Shown piece after piece: positions 31,084 through 32,000 of a stretch of DNA of 32,000 bases. The stretch's first letter is position 1. Every line of letters starts with the position of its first letter. A program made the position numbers and the translations under genes. The notes below the pieces were generated by a model. The model had not been told where the DNA came from and ran no database searches. It saw only the letters and a program-made list of their open reading frames with translations. This stretch comes from Cereibacter sphaeroides 2.4.1 (GTDB lineage: Bacteria > Pseudomonadota > Alphaproteobacteria > Rhodobacterales > Rhodobacteraceae): positions 1,770,001-1,802,000 of the forward strand of contig NC_007493.2 of the NCBI RefSeq assembly GCF_000012905.2. Direction: 5' to 3'.

Positions 31084-32000
31084 ATGACCGCAAGATTTCG
31101 CGCCCTGATGGGCGCGTGCGCCGTGGCTGCGCTCTCGTCCGCCGCCGGCGCCGAAACCATCACCGTGGCGACTGTCAACAACGGCGACATGATCCGCATG
31201 CAGGGGCTCATGTCCGAGTTCAACGCGCAGCACCCCGACATCACCGTCGAGTGGGTGACGCTCGAGGAAAACGTGCTGCGCCAGAAGGTCACGACCGACA
31301 TCGCCACGAAGGGCGGGCAGTTCGACGTGCTGACCATCGGCACCTACGAGGTTCCGATCTGGGGCAAGCAGGGCTGGCTCGTGAGCCTGAACGACCTGCC
31401 GCCGGAGTATGATGCCGACGACATCCTGCCCGCGATCCGCAACGGCCTGACCGTCGACGGCGAGCTCTATGCCGCGCCCTTCTACGGCGAGAGCTCGATG
31501 ATCATGTATCGCAAGGACCTGATGGAGAAGGCGGGGCTGACGATGCCCGACGCCCCCACCTGGGACTTCGTGAAGGAAGCGGCGCAGAAGATGACCGACA
31601 AGGATGCCGAGGTCTACGGCATCTGCCTGCGCGGCAAGGCGGGCTGGGGCGAGAACATGGCCTTCCTCACCGCCATGGCCAACAGCTACGGCGCGCGCTG
31701 GTTCGACGAGAACTGGCAGCCGCAGTTCGACGGCGAGGCTTGGAAGGCCACGCTGACCGACTATCTCGACATGATGACGAACTACGGCCCGCCCGGCGCC
31801 TCGAACAACGGCTTCAACGAGAACCTCGCGCTGTTCCAGCAGGGCAAGTGCGGCATGTGGATCGACGCGACGGTGGCCGCCTCCTTCGTGACCAACCCCG
31901 AGGAATCCACGGTGGCCGACAAGGTGGGCTTCGCGCTCGCCCCCGATACCGGCAAGGGCAAGCGGGCCAACTGGCTCTGGGCCTGGAACCTCGCGATCCC
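31084..32000 (+). CDS. smoE: Periplasmic solute-binding protein of a sugar/polyol ABC transporter, N-terminal ~305 aa (3' end outside the window)
   Basis: It is not in the ORF track because it runs off the window. ATG 31084 has a GGGAGGA RBS. The signal peptide is MTARFRALMGACAVAALSSAAGA. The sequence then reads ETITVATVNNGDMIRMQGL...GGQFDVLTIGTYEVPIWGKQGWL...LYAAPFYGESSMIMYRKDL, typical of family-1 sugar-binding proteins. The symbol is by analogy with the sorbitol/mannitol operon, from memory. Confidence 0.8.
   Translation, partial: MTARFRALMGACAVAALSSAAGAETITVATVNNGDMIRMQGLMSEFNAQHPDITVEWVTLEENVLRQKVTTDIATKGGQFDVLTIGTYEVPIWGKQGWLVSLNDLPPEYDADDILPAIRNGLTVDGELYAAPFYGESSMIMYRKDLMEKAGLTMPDAPTWDFVKEAAQKMTDKDAEVYGICLRGKAGWGENMAFLTAMANSYGARWFDENWQPQFDGEAWKATLTDYLDMMTNYGPPGASNNGFNENLALFQQGKCGMWIDATVAASFVTNPEESTVADKVGFALAPDTGKGKRANWLWAWNLAI

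Noticed and set aside
1-32000. Search for CRISPR arrays, tRNA/rRNA genes, IS elements, integrases, toxin-antitoxin or defence-system genes.
   Set aside because: None was recognisable. Every sizeable coding frame is accounted for by the flagellar, signalling, stress or polyol genes listed.

Overview
Visibly GC-rich alphaproteobacterial DNA whose gene order and protein sequences look like the fla1-type flagellar cluster of Rhodobacter (Cereibacter) sphaeroides. This identification comes from memory of the protein families, not from a search.

nt 1-22.9 kb is flagellar:
- fliP (3' end)-fliQ-fliR-flhB on the + strand.
- A sigma-54-driven two-gene unit: a motF-like bitopic protein plus an uncharacterised membrane protein.
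- A dedicated rpoN paralog, fliC, fliD and a receiver-less sigma-54 activator (fleQ-like).
- On the - strand, flgBCDEF and flgGHIJKL-sltF. This includes a giant 1363-aa FlgK and a 100-aa single-domain FlgJ.

I could read four sigma-54-type promoters (motF, flgG, flgB, and a weaker one on the opposite strand facing an orphan gene). I also read two back-to-back sigma-28-type promoters (fliC, fliD) and a clean fliC terminator.

nt 22.9-29.3 kb is accessory-looking:
- A 388-aa acidic Pro/Ala-rich, probably disordered protein, divergent from flgB.
- A secreted, Cys-less molybdopterin-oxidoreductase-like protein translationally coupled to a hybrid histidine kinase (TM-PAS-HisKA-HATPase-REC-Hpt).
- A conspicuously AT-rich 284-bp divergent control region and a LuxR/NarL-type response regulator.
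- A DUF892 (YciE/YciF-like) stress protein preceded by a perfect GGAAC-N16-CGTT ECF-type promoter.

nt 29.3-32 kb holds a HAD phosphatase, a SorC-family regulator and the 5' part of a polyol ABC-transporter binding protein (smoC/smoE-like).

I found no tRNA, rRNA, CRISPR, IS element or integrase. Many long ORFs in the track are antisense or off-frame artefacts of the high GC content.

The most interesting items are the two opposed sigma-54 promoters sharing one palindromic -12 element, the orphan disordered protein they face, and the periplasmic-protein/hybrid-kinase/LuxR module.
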